Shown: positions 20,900 through 30,878 of the stretch, piece by piece
Position numbering within the stretch: the first letter of the stretch is position 1
Layout: each line of letters starts with the position of its first letter
Position numbers and translations under genes: made by a program
Notes under the pieces: model-generated
Seen by the model: the letters and a program-made list of their open reading frames with translations, nothing else
What the model was told of the DNA's origin: nothing
Database searches by the model: none
From: Candidatus Zhuqueibacterota bacterium
GTDB lineage: Bacteria > Zhuqueibacterota > Zhuqueibacteria > Thermofontimicrobiales > Thermofontimicrobiaceae
Direction: 5' to 3'
NCBI GenBank assembly: GCA_049322915.1
Contig: JBMOPW010000013.1
Span: 62,111-126,110, forward strand
Length of the DNA: 64,000 nucleotides

Positions 20900-23800
20900 T
20901 CATCGGACAATCGCTATTTTGCCAAATTCGTCCAGGGAAACGCCGCCCGCCCGGGCCACAAAGCGAAACATGTACACGCCGCTGGCCAGCTCGTTGCCGG
21001 CTTCATTCGTTCCGTCCCAGGCGATTTCCGCAGTGCTGCCCCGGGTGTAGCGTCCCTGCAATTGAATCACGCGCTCCCCGGAGACGGTGAATAATTCAAT
21101 TTCGATGTCCGCATCTTTGGTCAGCGTGTGAATGAAATAAGTCGATTCTGAAAAGGGATTCGGCGCCACGCCGAGCGTCATGATCCGAAATTCTGTATTT
21201 GAAAAATCCATCTGTCGGATGGACGAAGCCGATTGCTTCCTGTCCGCAGCAAATGAATTGTCAAAATCATTGTCATAGGCAAAAACCTGGCAGATGAAAA
21301 TATCGCCTTCCTGCAATGCATCGATGGCGCTGACCGTCCGGTAGCGATTGTCCCGGAGCCACTCCAACTGAATTTCCGCGGCGGACTGGTCCAATTCTCC
21401 GTCGCGATCCCATCGCAGGTACACGCCCTGGCCGTCGGAGCCGGTCGCGTCGTCGAACACGCCGGATGAGTCGAATATGTCGCATTCGACGAAGAACGAC
21501 CTGCCGGTCTGTATTTGTGTCGGTTCAAAATTGGTGAAGATGGGTCCTTCGGAGTCATCATCGCGGAGATAAATCGATTGGGCGAGACTGATGCCGAGCT
21601 TTCGGTCGGAGAACTCCTGGTTGTCAAAATCATCATCATAGGCGAAAATCTGGTACACGAGACTCTTGTTCAAATCCGGGATGCTCAGCTTTTGAGCCGT
21701 GCGATACCTGTTTTTTCCCGCATGGTGCATTTCAATCTCATTGGCGTCATTGGAAAGTTCGCCATCCGTATCCATGAGCAGATGCACGCCAAATCCGTCA
21801 CTGCCGGTCTCGTCATCGTAAATTCCCGAGCTGTCAGAGATGGTGCATTCGATATAAAATTCGCTGGAATCATAGACCTCCAGGGGACTGAACAGCGCGA
21901 ATTCCGGCGGTTCCTCATCATCGTCGAGAATCCGAACCACCTGCGCCATGCTGATTCCCAGCGATAAATCGTACGCGCCATTATTGGTATCATTGTCACG
22001 CGCGAAAACCTGGTAGACAACATCCACGTCCGCCGGCAATGCCGGGATGGAATCCACGGTCTGGTACATATTGCCGGAAACAAATTCAACCTGCTTTTCA
22101 TTGGCAGAGCAGGTCAGTTCGCCGTCGGTGTCCCAGAGCAGATAAATACCGTTCCCATCAGAACCGGTGGCGTCGTCGTACACACCGGAAGGATCAAATA
22201 TCTCGCCGGTAATCAGAAACGACTCATCATCGTATCTGAGCAAAGGCTGCCAGTTGGAAAACGTCGGACCCTGGATATCTGTGTCGCCCCCGGAATAGAT
22301 CACGATATTCCTCACCTGATTGGCTACCGGCAAACGGTCCGCGGCCACAGCATTATCGAAATCATCGTCATACGCCACGATCTGGAAGACGAACTCCGAG
22401 CCAGCCGCTAATCCGGGCAGCGTATTTTCAACGACAAACGTATCGCCAGCGGATTGCGTCATCGCTGTCTCGTTCGCGGAAAGAAGCAGCTCGCCGTCCA
22501 CGTCCCAGGTGACATAGACGCCAAATCCGGCAGAACCGCTGTCGTCATCAAAAACGCCGGAACCATCGCGGATGACCGATTTGATCAGGAATGGCGTGTT
22601 GACAGGGACAAAGGTCGGACTGGTTTCGATGATCACCGGCGGCGCAGCATCATCGTCCAGAATGGTCACCGTCGCAGTGGGCGACTGACTCCCTTTTCTG
22701 TCCAGAGGGTCGTTGTCATCGAAATCATTGTCACAGGCAAAAATCTGGAAAACAAAATGGCTCCCCCAAAATTGCGATGGGATCGCTGCGTCGCTGACGA
22801 ACAGGTCCCCGGCTGCGCCGGACATTGTTTGCTCCTGAAAATCGATATTCAGCTCACCGTCGATGTCCCAGCGAACATGCACGCCCTGGCCGGCAAAACC
22901 GGTATTGTCGTCAAATACGCCTGAGGCATCAGTAATTTCAGCCTCGATGAAAAAATGGGTCGTATCGTAGACCTGAGCCGGCGCCGTTTTGATGGCAGAA
23001 ATCGTCGGGCCGGTCGCATCATCGTCGTCCCCTGTCTGATTGAGCCGCACATACACATGACGGATGGACGAAATGCCCTGCGCCCGATCCGCTTCATTCA
23101 GGTTATCAAAATCATCATCAAATATGGAGACCTGATAGGCAATGGTGGCTCCGCCAGACTGGCCCGGGACAGGGTTCATGCTCCGAAACAGGTCTTCGGA
23201 AAATTTGTTCAATGCAACCTCGGAACTGGTTGCGCTCAGTTCACCATCGCTATCCCAGCGCAAATAGGCGCCCTGGCCATCGGATGTGGTTTCATCATCA
23301 TAACAGCCACTCTGGTCGGCCAGACCAACCTCTATGTAAAACGACTGGTTCTCATCCACCGAGTCCGGCGAGAAAAAGATGAATGTCGGGGCGTCGCTGT
23401 CATCATCCAGAACATCGATGCGATACAGTGAACTGACGCCGGCATTCTTTGACACGGTATTGTTGTCTTTGGCATACACCCGAAACACACATTCCGAATC
23501 TTCGGACTGCGCCGGAATTGCCGTCACGGTTCGGAATGTATCTCCGGCGACTCGATCCAGCATCAGTTCATTGGCTGAGGTTGTCAGCTCCCCGTCGTTA
23601 TCCCAGCGCAGATACACGCCGGATCCATCAGAACCGGTGTCGTCATCGTACACGCCATCGTCATCGGTAATGACTCCCCGAATGAAGAAAGCAGTCGTAT
23701 CGTAAACAACGCCAGGCTGGAACGATGAGAACGACGGTCCCTTGTCGTCGTTGGGCGCGGACTGGTTCAGGTACAATTTCAGGACGCCGCTCTGCTCGCC

Positions 23801-25495
23801 GACAATCAAATCCTGCCGGCCATCGCCGTTGATATCGTGCACTTTGGGGATTGGGAACCAATCGATATCAAAATTAATTTCCTGAAAAAATTCAGTGTTG
23901 ACTTCCCAGATGGGATAACTCGCATCTCCGACATTTTCGAACAGATTCAGATAGCCCTCATATTCACCCACAATCAGATCCAGATCGCCGTCATCATCGA
24001 TGTCCATGAATGCCGGGGTTGAATTGCTGCCAATGTCGATATTGCCATAAATGCTGGTGTCGGTTTCGATGATGTCAAATTGCGGGGCCTGTACTGTGCC
24101 GCGATTCCAGAAACAGGCCAACCGGCCGTTTTCTTCACCAACCGTCAGGTCCATGTCACCGTCCGCGTCCAGGTCTGCGAACTCCGGGATGCTGAAATTC
24201 CCAATATCGATGCCGAGGAACAGCAGCGGCCGGTATTCCCAGACCGGCGCGCTCCTGTCGCCGATGTTCACGTAACAATAAATCCGACCGTCCCAGGCGC
24301 CGGCCACAAATTCTTCGTCGCCATCGCCGTCCAGATCGACGAATTCCGGCGCAACGAAACGATCGAAAATATTCTTAATCTCCGGAAACGCAGTCGTGTT
24401 TTCGTTCCACACCGGCGCAGTCGCTGCGCCCTGGTTCAGATAGGTGTAAAGCGGTTTTGTCAGGGACGACTGCTTATGGCCGATCACCACATCCAGCAGC
24501 CCGTCATTGTTCACATCATAGATCGCCGGCGCGCTGTTAAAGCCAATGTCCATTCCGGCAAAGGCGGTCACGTCCCGTGTCCACACCGGCCGGGTCACTG
24601 AACCGGTATTTTCAAAATAGAAAATCCCATAATCCCAGTTGCCGATAATCAGGTCGCTGTCGGCGTCGCCATCCAGGTCGACCAGCGTCGGGTTGGAATT
24701 GGCCCCCACATCGATACCGGAAAAAAGCTCGGTATCTTCAATGAATTGGGGCGCATCGGCGCTGCCCTGATTTTCGTAATAGGTCAGCGTGCCATCCCCG
24801 GCGCCGATGAGCAAATCATAATCGGCATCGTTGTCCATATCCGCCAGAGTGGGACTGCTATTGGTGCCGACATCGATGTAAATCGGCGACAGGAAAAACG
24901 TCACTTCCTCCACCCAGTCCGGATTTTTGGCGTCGCCGATATTCTGGTAGTAATGCAATGTGCCGTCGATATCGCCGATGACCATGTCCAGATCTGCATC
25001 GTCATCCAGATCGACCAGAAACGGGACGGCCATTTCACCCTCGGAAATCTGAATGATGGCGTTCTCTTCCCGCCAGGATGGTTCTTCGGGCGTGCCGGTA
25101 TTTCTGAAGAAGTAAATGTCGTTCAACGTGGAACTCCCGCGAACGCCGACGATGAGGTCTAAATCGGCGTCAGCATCCACATCGGCCAGAACCGGCGTGG
25201 AAAACGGCGGGCCTGAAATAGGCGGGATGATAATGTCGTCCAACAAGAATAACTCCTGTGTCCATTGCGGCGCAATGGACGAACCGGTATTCCGGTAAAA
25301 AAGCAGCCGACCCTGGTATTCGCCGACAATCATGTCGAAATCGCCGTCATTGTCCAGATCGCCGAAGGCAAACCGATGGTTCGGTACCGATTCAACCAGA
25401 GATGGATTGAAAAACCCAATCTGCTTTGTGAATTGTCCCTGCGACGGCAAGGCCGTTAGCAGCAGTAAAATGCCTGTGAAATACCATTTATTCAT
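20900..25495 (-). CDS. Large secreted adhesin-like protein: 10 FG-GAP/VCBS repeats, 7 acidic ~120-aa repeats and a T9SS type A/FlgD C-terminal domain
   Basis: Signal peptide; ten DxDxDGDxD-LxVG-Y-N motifs; C-terminal APNPF...WDG-N-G-LASGVY...KIAIVR. Confidence 0.85.
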   Translation of the reverse strand: MNKWYFTGILLLLTALPSQGQFTKQIGFFNPSLVESVPNHRFAFGDLDNDGDFDMIVGEYQGRLLFYRNTGSSIAPQWTQELFLLDDIIIPPISGPPFSTPVLADVDADADLDLIVGVRGSSTLNDIYFFRNTGTPEEPSWREENAIIQISEGEMAVPFLVDLDDDADLDMVIGDIDGTLHYYQNIGDAKNPDWVEEVTFFLSPIYIDVGTNSSPTLADMDNDADYDLLIGAGDGTLTYYENQGSADAPQFIEDTELFSGIDVGANSNPTLVDLDGDADSDLIIGNWDYGIFYFENTGSVTRPVWTRDVTAFAGMDIGFNSAPAIYDVNNDGLLDVVIGHKQSSLTKPLYTYLNQGAATAPVWNENTTAFPEIKNIFDRFVAPEFVDLDGDGDEEFVAGAWDGRIYCYVNIGDRSAPVWEYRPLLFLGIDIGNFSIPEFADLDADGDMDLTVGEENGRLACFWNRGTVQAPQFDIIETDTSIYGNIDIGSNSTPAFMDIDDDGDLDLIVGEYEGYLNLFENVGDASYPIWEVNTEFFQEINFDIDWFPIPKVHDINGDGRQDLIVGEQSGVLKLYLNQSAPNDDKGPSFSSFQPGVVYDTTAFFIRGVITDDDGVYDDDTGSDGSGVYLRWDNDGELTTSANELMLDRVAGDTFRTVTAIPAQSEDSECVFRVYAKDNNTVSKNAGVSSLYRIDVLDDDSDAPTFIFFSPDSVDENQSFYIEVGLADQSGCYDDETTSDGQGAYLRWDSDGELSATSSEVALNKFSEDLFRSMNPVPGQSGGATIAYQVSIFDDDFDNLNEADRAQGISSIRHVYVRLNQTGDDDDATGPTISAIKTAPAQVYDTTHFFIEAEITDASGVFDDNTGFAGQGVHVRWDIDGELNIDFQEQTMSGAAGDLFVSDAAIPSQFWGSHFVFQIFACDNDFDDNDPLDRKGSQSPTATVTILDDDAAPPVIIETSPTFVPVNTPFLIKSVIRDGSGVFDDDSGSAGFGVYVTWDVDGELLLSANETAMTQSAGDTFVVENTLPGLAAGSEFVFQIVAYDDDFDNAVAADRLPVANQVRNIVIYSGGDTDIQGPTFSNWQPLLRYDDESFLITGEIFDPSGVYDDATGSDGNGIYLLWDTDGELTCSANEKQVEFVSGNMYQTVDSIPALPADVDVVYQVFARDNDTNNGAYDLSLGISMAQVVRILDDDEEPPEFALFSPLEVYDSSEFYIECTISDSSGIYDDETGSDGFGVHLLMDTDGELSNDANEIEMHHAGKNRYRTAQKLSIPDLNKSLVYQIFAYDDDFDNQEFSDRKLGISLAQSIYLRDDDSEGPIFTNFEPTQIQTGRSFFVECDIFDSSGVFDDATGSDGQGVYLRWDRDGELDQSAAEIQLEWLRDNRYRTVSAIDALQEGDIFICQVFAYDNDFDNSFAADRKQSASSIRQMDFSNTEFRIMTLGVAPNPFSESTYFIHTLTKDADIEIELFTVSGERVIQLQGRYTRGSTAEIAWDGTNEAGNELASGVYMFRFVARAGGVSLDEFGKIAIVR

Positions 25496-25603
25496 GTTGC
25501 CAGTCCTGATCCGAACATCGTTGCTTCACCTGTAATTTAACTTTCAGTCACTCATTCTGTATGACCCGAAGCTTAACCACGAAAAAATCAATCCGTGCAG
25601 CGT

Positions 25604-27913
25604 TCAGTCGTCATTCTTGCGCAGCACTCGCTTCTTCAGATTTTTCATCACCACGGAGAACTGCCGCATCACGAGCCGTTTCATCAGCACATGGACAAAA
25701 CTTCGCGGCTTTTCGATTTCTCCGAAAATGGGATCGAGAAAATCCCAACCCATTTCATTCAGAACCACTCCCACATAGCGGGCGCGCCCATTTTTCAGAA
25801 TTTGCAAATGCCGGTCATCGGCTTCCTGAAATGTATTGCCGGACCTGATGATGAACAGGGAAAGGTCTGCCTCATTCATAATTTCGAATGCATCGGCAAA
25901 TTCGTTCATGCCCGGCGTGTCGAACAAAACGACGTCGAACATCGCCTTCATCTCTGCAATGAACTCGCGCAGCCGAACCGGGCTGGCGATTTCGAGCAAT
26001 GAAAGATAGGATTCCCGGGCGCACAGCGCGCTCAGATTATCGATGCCGGTCGCTGTCGCGCTCCCGGCGAGCGTAGCTCTCCCCTGCAGCACATCCTGCA
26101 CCCAATGCGTTGCCGTCACCTCCAGCAGAGCCTCCAGAGACGGATGCTTTAAATTGCCATCCACAAGCAATGTCCGATGATGGGCCAGGGCGAATAGAAT
26201 TCCCAGCGTCGCTGTCACCAGGCTCTTGCCCTCCGCAGGTTTGGAACTTGTGATGACGATGACCTTGTTGTTGCCCTCGTGGCCGGCGATATGATTTCTA
26301 AGACTGCGCAGGGATTCTTTGAACAATTTCTGTTCGTTGTTTTGCGGTCGGCTCAGCAGGTTGAAATCATTCTCAGGATCGATGTGGATTTTCGGAATGC
26401 CTGCTATCACCGTGCTCTCGGTGAGGCGCTCCGCCTGCTTGATGCTGCGAACGCTCACATCGAAATATTCCAGGATGAAAATCGAAACGACGCCAAAAAT
26501 GAAGCTGCCCATGCCCGCCATGATGACCAGCATCTTCCGTTTCGACGCCATCGGATATTGCGGCGGAAATGCCCGCTCCACAATCTTCAGATTGGTGGAC
26601 GACATGGAATTACTCTCATAGGCCCTCGCCAGATTCAGTTTTTCGAGCATCTCCAGATATTCCTGCTCCGCCACCTGGATGTCCCGATTCAACTGGGCAT
26701 AGGTCGCTTCCATCGGCGCGAAATTATTGGAAAAAGTCCTGAGCCGATCTACTTCCCGCTGAATCACATCGCGCCGCGCCTTCGTCATTTCCAGTTCGAT
26801 CTGGTCATTGAGCAGACGGGAGGACATCTCCTGCCGCGACACCTGCGGATCGACGTGCTGTCCCAACCATTTCTCGTGGACTAACTTCCTGATTTTCTCC
26901 CGCAGTTGTTCAATCTGCGTTTCCAGATCAACGACGTCTTCCGCGCCCTGCTCGTAGCGCCGGATTAAAAACTCTTTCTCCAACGTCTTCAGTTGCTCTG
27001 TCAGGGAGACGATTTCCGCATTGGTCACCATCAACTCTGAGGACGCTGATGGCGTACTGACATCGGATAGCTTGCTCTCAATCTTCCAGATCGACGCCTT
27101 GAGCGTCTCAATGGTCTGTTCGTTTTCATCCAGCAGATTTTCGTACTTGCTCAACTGGCTCACCACGCCCTTGATCTGCTCGGACAGCATGACGATATTG
27201 TTCTGCTCTTTGAACGTCTTCAGTTCCTGTTCTTTGTTATGCAAATGCTGCGCAGCTTTATTCACCTGATTTTCGAAGAACTCCCGGGAACGACCGCTTT
27301 CCCCGGCCACCAGCATTCGATATTTTTCAATGAACACAGCCGTCAATGTATTGAGCGCAAAAACAATGTACTCGGGATTCTGGTCATCCAGCATGATGCG
27401 AAGAAAGTCGCTATCGCCGATCTGATAAATCTTGAAGCTCCGCGCCAGCGACAAAAAATCATAGCCGCGATCTTTAGCCAGCTTTTTAACGAGATAATTT
27501 TCCTCGCGGCTGAGGCTGACAATTGAGGTATCGCTCAACATTTTATCGATCAAAATCACCGCGGTATTGATGTCGTGAAATGAAAAGTTCGGATTATCCA
27601 ACGTGCTGATTCGAAACGGCCTGTCCGACACCAGATCGTGGCGCAATAACCGAAATCCCAATTCTTCATACACCGAGCGCGACCGCGCCAATTCCAGCAT
27701 GTTCATCGTCTGTTTCATTCGCTCGAACGCTTTGGTCGATGCATCGAGGGTCACGCTGCCACCGGTCAATCCCATGGAAATCATCACATAGGACGAGTAG
27801 GTTTTCGGTTGATTCCTCGTTGCGTAAATTGTGAGCGGCACTGCCACCAATGGCAATATCGCCAGAATCAAAATCCGCTTGCGGAGGATGCGTATAAAAT
27901 TCAGAAAGTCCAT
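25604..27913 (-). CDS. Wzc/GumC-like polysaccharide co-polymerase with BY-kinase-type P-loop domain
   Basis: Two TMs flanking a long coiled coil; ESLRSLR, Walker A SSKPAEGKS and Walker B VLFDTP. Confidence 0.88.
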   Translation of the reverse strand: MDFLNFIRILRKRILILAILPLVAVPLTIYATRNQPKTYSSYVMISMGLTGGSVTLDASTKAFERMKQTMNMLELARSRSVYEELGFRLLRHDLVSDRPFRISTLDNPNFSFHDINTAVILIDKMLSDTSIVSLSREENYLVKKLAKDRGYDFLSLARSFKIYQIGDSDFLRIMLDDQNPEYIVFALNTLTAVFIEKYRMLVAGESGRSREFFENQVNKAAQHLHNKEQELKTFKEQNNIVMLSEQIKGVVSQLSKYENLLDENEQTIETLKASIWKIESKLSDVSTPSASSELMVTNAEIVSLTEQLKTLEKEFLIRRYEQGAEDVVDLETQIEQLREKIRKLVHEKWLGQHVDPQVSRQEMSSRLLNDQIELEMTKARRDVIQREVDRLRTFSNNFAPMEATYAQLNRDIQVAEQEYLEMLEKLNLARAYESNSMSSTNLKIVERAFPPQYPMASKRKMLVIMAGMGSFIFGVVSIFILEYFDVSVRSIKQAERLTESTVIAGIPKIHIDPENDFNLLSRPQNNEQKLFKESLRSLRNHIAGHEGNNKVIVITSSKPAEGKSLVTATLGILFALAHHRTLLVDGNLKHPSLEALLEVTATHWVQDVLQGRATLAGSATATGIDNLSALCARESYLSLLEIASPVRLREFIAEMKAMFDVVLFDTPGMNEFADAFEIMNEADLSLFIIRSGNTFQEADDRHLQILKNGRARYVGVVLNEMGWDFLDPIFGEIEKPRSFVHVLMKRLVMRQFSVVMKNLKKRVLRKNDD

Positions 27914-28077
27914 TTAACCTGAATTATCCATGAATTCTCTCATAACCCAACTCAACATCCTTTTTTTATAAGGTGTGAATATATATGTAAAATCAAACTC
28001 AGTTTTATATGCGAATTTTAAATTTATGCACCATTCAGGTTATCCCGCTTCCTTAAAAATACGATGAATAAGGCGGG

Positions 28078-28749
28078 TTAATTGTCTACCAATTTCATCA
28101 AGGACGCTTTGGCGGCATGCACGTTCAGCTCGGCGCGGAGCAAATCCTCCAGCGCTTTTGATTTTTCATCAACCGCTTTTGTATAATCTTCCAGGGCCAT
28201 TTCACCATTTTTGAACTTTTCCACGGCAACGCTGAATTTGTCCTGCGCGGCCTGGAAATACTCCAACTGGACATGGTGCGACTCAATGGCCTTTTTGAAT
28301 TCGACAAAGAGTCGCAGCAATTCGTATTTGAGATTCGTCCGGGAACTCAGATACGCCTGTTCCGATTTGCGCAGTTCGATTTTCGCCTGGCGAATTTTAC
28401 TGGGAGTCGTGAAAATGGATTCAAAATCCAATTGAATATTGAACCCGAATTCCGGCACAATGCCAATGGCATTCTGCGTTGCATCCGTGGCCTGATTGAA
28501 TTGGAAGCCAAGTTTTAAATTTCTGAGAAACGACACTTTGCTCTGAAAAAGATGCTCTTCGCTGAAGGCGATCTCTTCCTTTTTGGTCAACAGCATCGGA
28601 TTTTTCGCCGCCACTTTTGTCCACAGCGAATCGAAGCCTGTGGTATCGATGCGGGCCATGTATTGGCTGGCGCCCTTTTCCGGCGTTGCCATAACTACGG
28701 CAACCAGCAAGACCAGCCAGACACTACGTTGAAGGTTGAATTTCATCAT
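28078..28749 (-). CDS. Short TolC/OEP-family outer-membrane protein (about one OEP repeat); ORF track start is 28836
   Basis: Signal peptide from MMKFNL; KNPML, a single beta-hairpin region and EKFKNGEMALEDY helical OEP signature. Confidence 0.7.
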   Translation of the reverse strand: MMKFNLQRSVWLVLLVAVVMATPEKGASQYMARIDTTGFDSLWTKVAAKNPMLLTKKEEIAFSEEHLFQSKVSFLRNLKLGFQFNQATDATQNAIGIVPEFGFNIQLDFESIFTTPSKIRQAKIELRKSEQAYLSSRTNLKYELLRLFVEFKKAIESHHVQLEYFQAAQDKFSVAVEKFKNGEMALEDYTKAVDEKSKALEDLLRAELNVHAAKASLMKLVDN

Positions 28750-28921
28750 GTTTTTCGTATCATATCGGCCATTGTCGTTGGGGTAAAAAATCAGCGCGCA
28801 ACGCCGTCCGTTACCACCAGGCAACGATGACAGCATTGCGCTTCGATACAGATTCAGAGCGTGGCCGGAGGTTGATGCGCATCCGCCATCGCTATGCTAT
28901 GTCTTGCGCCTGACGCGGCGC

Positions 28922-29761
28922 TCACACATCCTCACTCTGCATGAGCGCGGGAATCGTCCGGGCAATGATTTTCATGTCATTCCAGAATGAATAGGAGCGC
29001 GCGTACTGATTGTCCAGATCGATGCGCTCCTCTTCTGACATATCCTTTTTTCCGCGCTTGGTCACCTGCCATAATCCGGTGAGCCCGGCCGGCGCCATGA
29101 ATCGCTCGGCCCAGGAATCCTGGGTTAATTTCTCAGCTTCGTAAAGCGGCAGGGGCCTGTTGCCAACCAGCGACATGTCTCCTTTGAAAATGTTGAATAA
29201 CTGGGGCAGTTCATCGATGCTCAGTTTGCGCAGTATTCTTCCGACCGAGGTGATTCTGGGATCATTGGCGAATTTGAAAAACGTATCATTGCTCGCCGCC
29301 TGGCGCTGTGAAAATTGTTCCTCGGCAATCTTGCCCGAATCGCCGAACAGGTAAACCGTATCGGAAGAATCCAGGTCCGACTGATCCCAGGCGATGAAGC
29401 CATCGGCTCCGTCGGATTCTGCTTTACCCGGACTTTCTTTGGCGTACATATTCAGATGCGCCAACTCCTTCAGCCGTTTATCGGCATCCATGTACATGGT
29501 GCGAAATTTTATCAATTCAATGATATCGTACCCGGTGCCGGTGCGCCGGGATCTATAAATGATCGGGCCCTTCGAATCGAGCTTGATAATAATGGCCACC
29601 ACCAGCAGCAGCGGTGATAAAATGAGCAGCGCTGTCGCCGAGACCAGAATATCAAAAACACGTTTCGCGACCGGCATTTTGTATTGCCGATTCTGATTCT
29701 TTTTCGAGTCCGCCAATGGCTGACCTTGCTGAATGGTTGATGCTTCCACCTGACGTTTCAT
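28922..29761 (-). CDS. Priming (undecaprenyl-phosphate) sugar transferase, Bac_transf family
   Basis: [42 protein letters not shown] and GLTGLWQV motifs. Confidence 0.92.
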   Translation of the reverse strand: [279 protein letters not shown]

Positions 29762-29893
29762 TTTTCTGCCTGCCTTGTTAAATCGATATTCTGCCGCATG
29801 TCAATCTGCACTGAAACCGCCGATCCGTGAGAAACCCGCCTGCCGGCGATACGCTCCGACTATCCCGGCGCAATCGTGACCCATCTCCCCGGC

Positions 29894-30271
29894 TCAATTG
29901 GAAAGACGACGAAGGATATTTTCGATGCGAATGACGAGCTCCTCCGGATTAAAAGGCTTCACCACGTAATCTTCCGCCCCCAGTTTCAGCCCTTTTATTC
30001 GGTCCGTGCTCTGCGCTTTTGCCGTTAAAAAAATGACCGGGATGTGACTGTACCCTTTTCTGGCATGGAGGCTCTGGATGAAGCCATACCCATCCACCTT
30101 GGGCATATTGATATCCGCCACGATCAAATCCGGCTTGTTTCCGTCACAAATCAAATCCAGCGCCTGCTGGCCATCTTCGGCTGTGGTCACATCAAATTTC
30201 TTCCCCAGATTGTACTCCAGCAGCCTGCGCATGCTTTGATCATCGTCCACAATTAAAATATGCTGTTTCAT
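29894..30271 (-). CDS. Stand-alone response regulator receiver
   Basis: ILIVDDD, ADINMP, FLTAK and VKPF; ATG 30271 with SD GGAG. Confidence 0.9.
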   Translation of the reverse strand: MKQHILIVDDDQSMRRLLEYNLGKKFDVTTAEDGQQALDLICDGNKPDLIVADINMPKVDGYGFIQSLHARKGYSHIPVIFLTAKAQSTDRIKGLKLGAEDYVVKPFNPEELVIRIENILRRLSN

Positions 30272-30330
30272 TTTTCTCTCCAGAAGTAGTAACTGTTTAG
30301 CCATTTGTAGTACACAAAGGCTGCCACGGA

Positions 30331-30416
30331 TCGTTCGGGATATTCATCCCGAACGGTGCGCCTATTCAGGAACATACGTTCCAATCCATTTACCGCGCCG
30401 GATACATATCCGGCGC
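30331..30416. repeat. Two short stem-loops between the receiver genes
   Basis: CGTTCGGGA-TATTCA-TCCCGAACG and GCGCCGGATA-CA-TATCCGGCGC. Confidence 0.45.
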
Positions 30417-30487
30417 TTTCTCTACGGTATTAATATCTACTGCCGGTTGGTATTTTGCTTTATCGTTTGGCAATGGCAAACTCCCGG

Positions 30488-30877
30488 CTATCGTCCCGGC
30501 CGCTGTTTCAACCATGATCTCACTTTTTCAATGAGCAATGCCGGCTCGATCGGCTTGGTCAGATAATCATCCGCCCCCATTGCATTGCCCCGAAGAATAT
30601 CCGCCGTCTGCGCCCGCGCCGTGAGAAAAATGAACGGAACATTCAGCAGCCGTTCATCTTCTTTGATCCGTTTGAACAGTTCAAAACCATTCATGCACGG
30701 CATCATCACGTCGCTGATAATCAAATCAGGCACATGAGTGGAACAAAACTCGATCGCCTTCTCGCCATTCTCGAACGCATCGATGTGAAAGCCCTCTTTC
30801 TCAAGATTGTGACGAATCAGGATGCTCATCACGCGCTCGTCTTCAACCAACAGAATATTCGGAACTTGTTTATCCAT
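30488..30877 (-). CDS. Stand-alone response regulator receiver
   Basis: LLVEDE, SDVMMP, FLTAR and TKPI. Confidence 0.9.
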   Translation of the reverse strand: MDKQVPNILLVEDERVMSILIRHNLEKEGFHIDAFENGEKAIEFCSTHVPDLIISDVMMPCMNGFELFKRIKEDERLLNVPFIFLTARAQTADILRGNAMGADDYLTKPIEPALLIEKVRSWLKQRPGR

Positions 30878-30878
30878 A

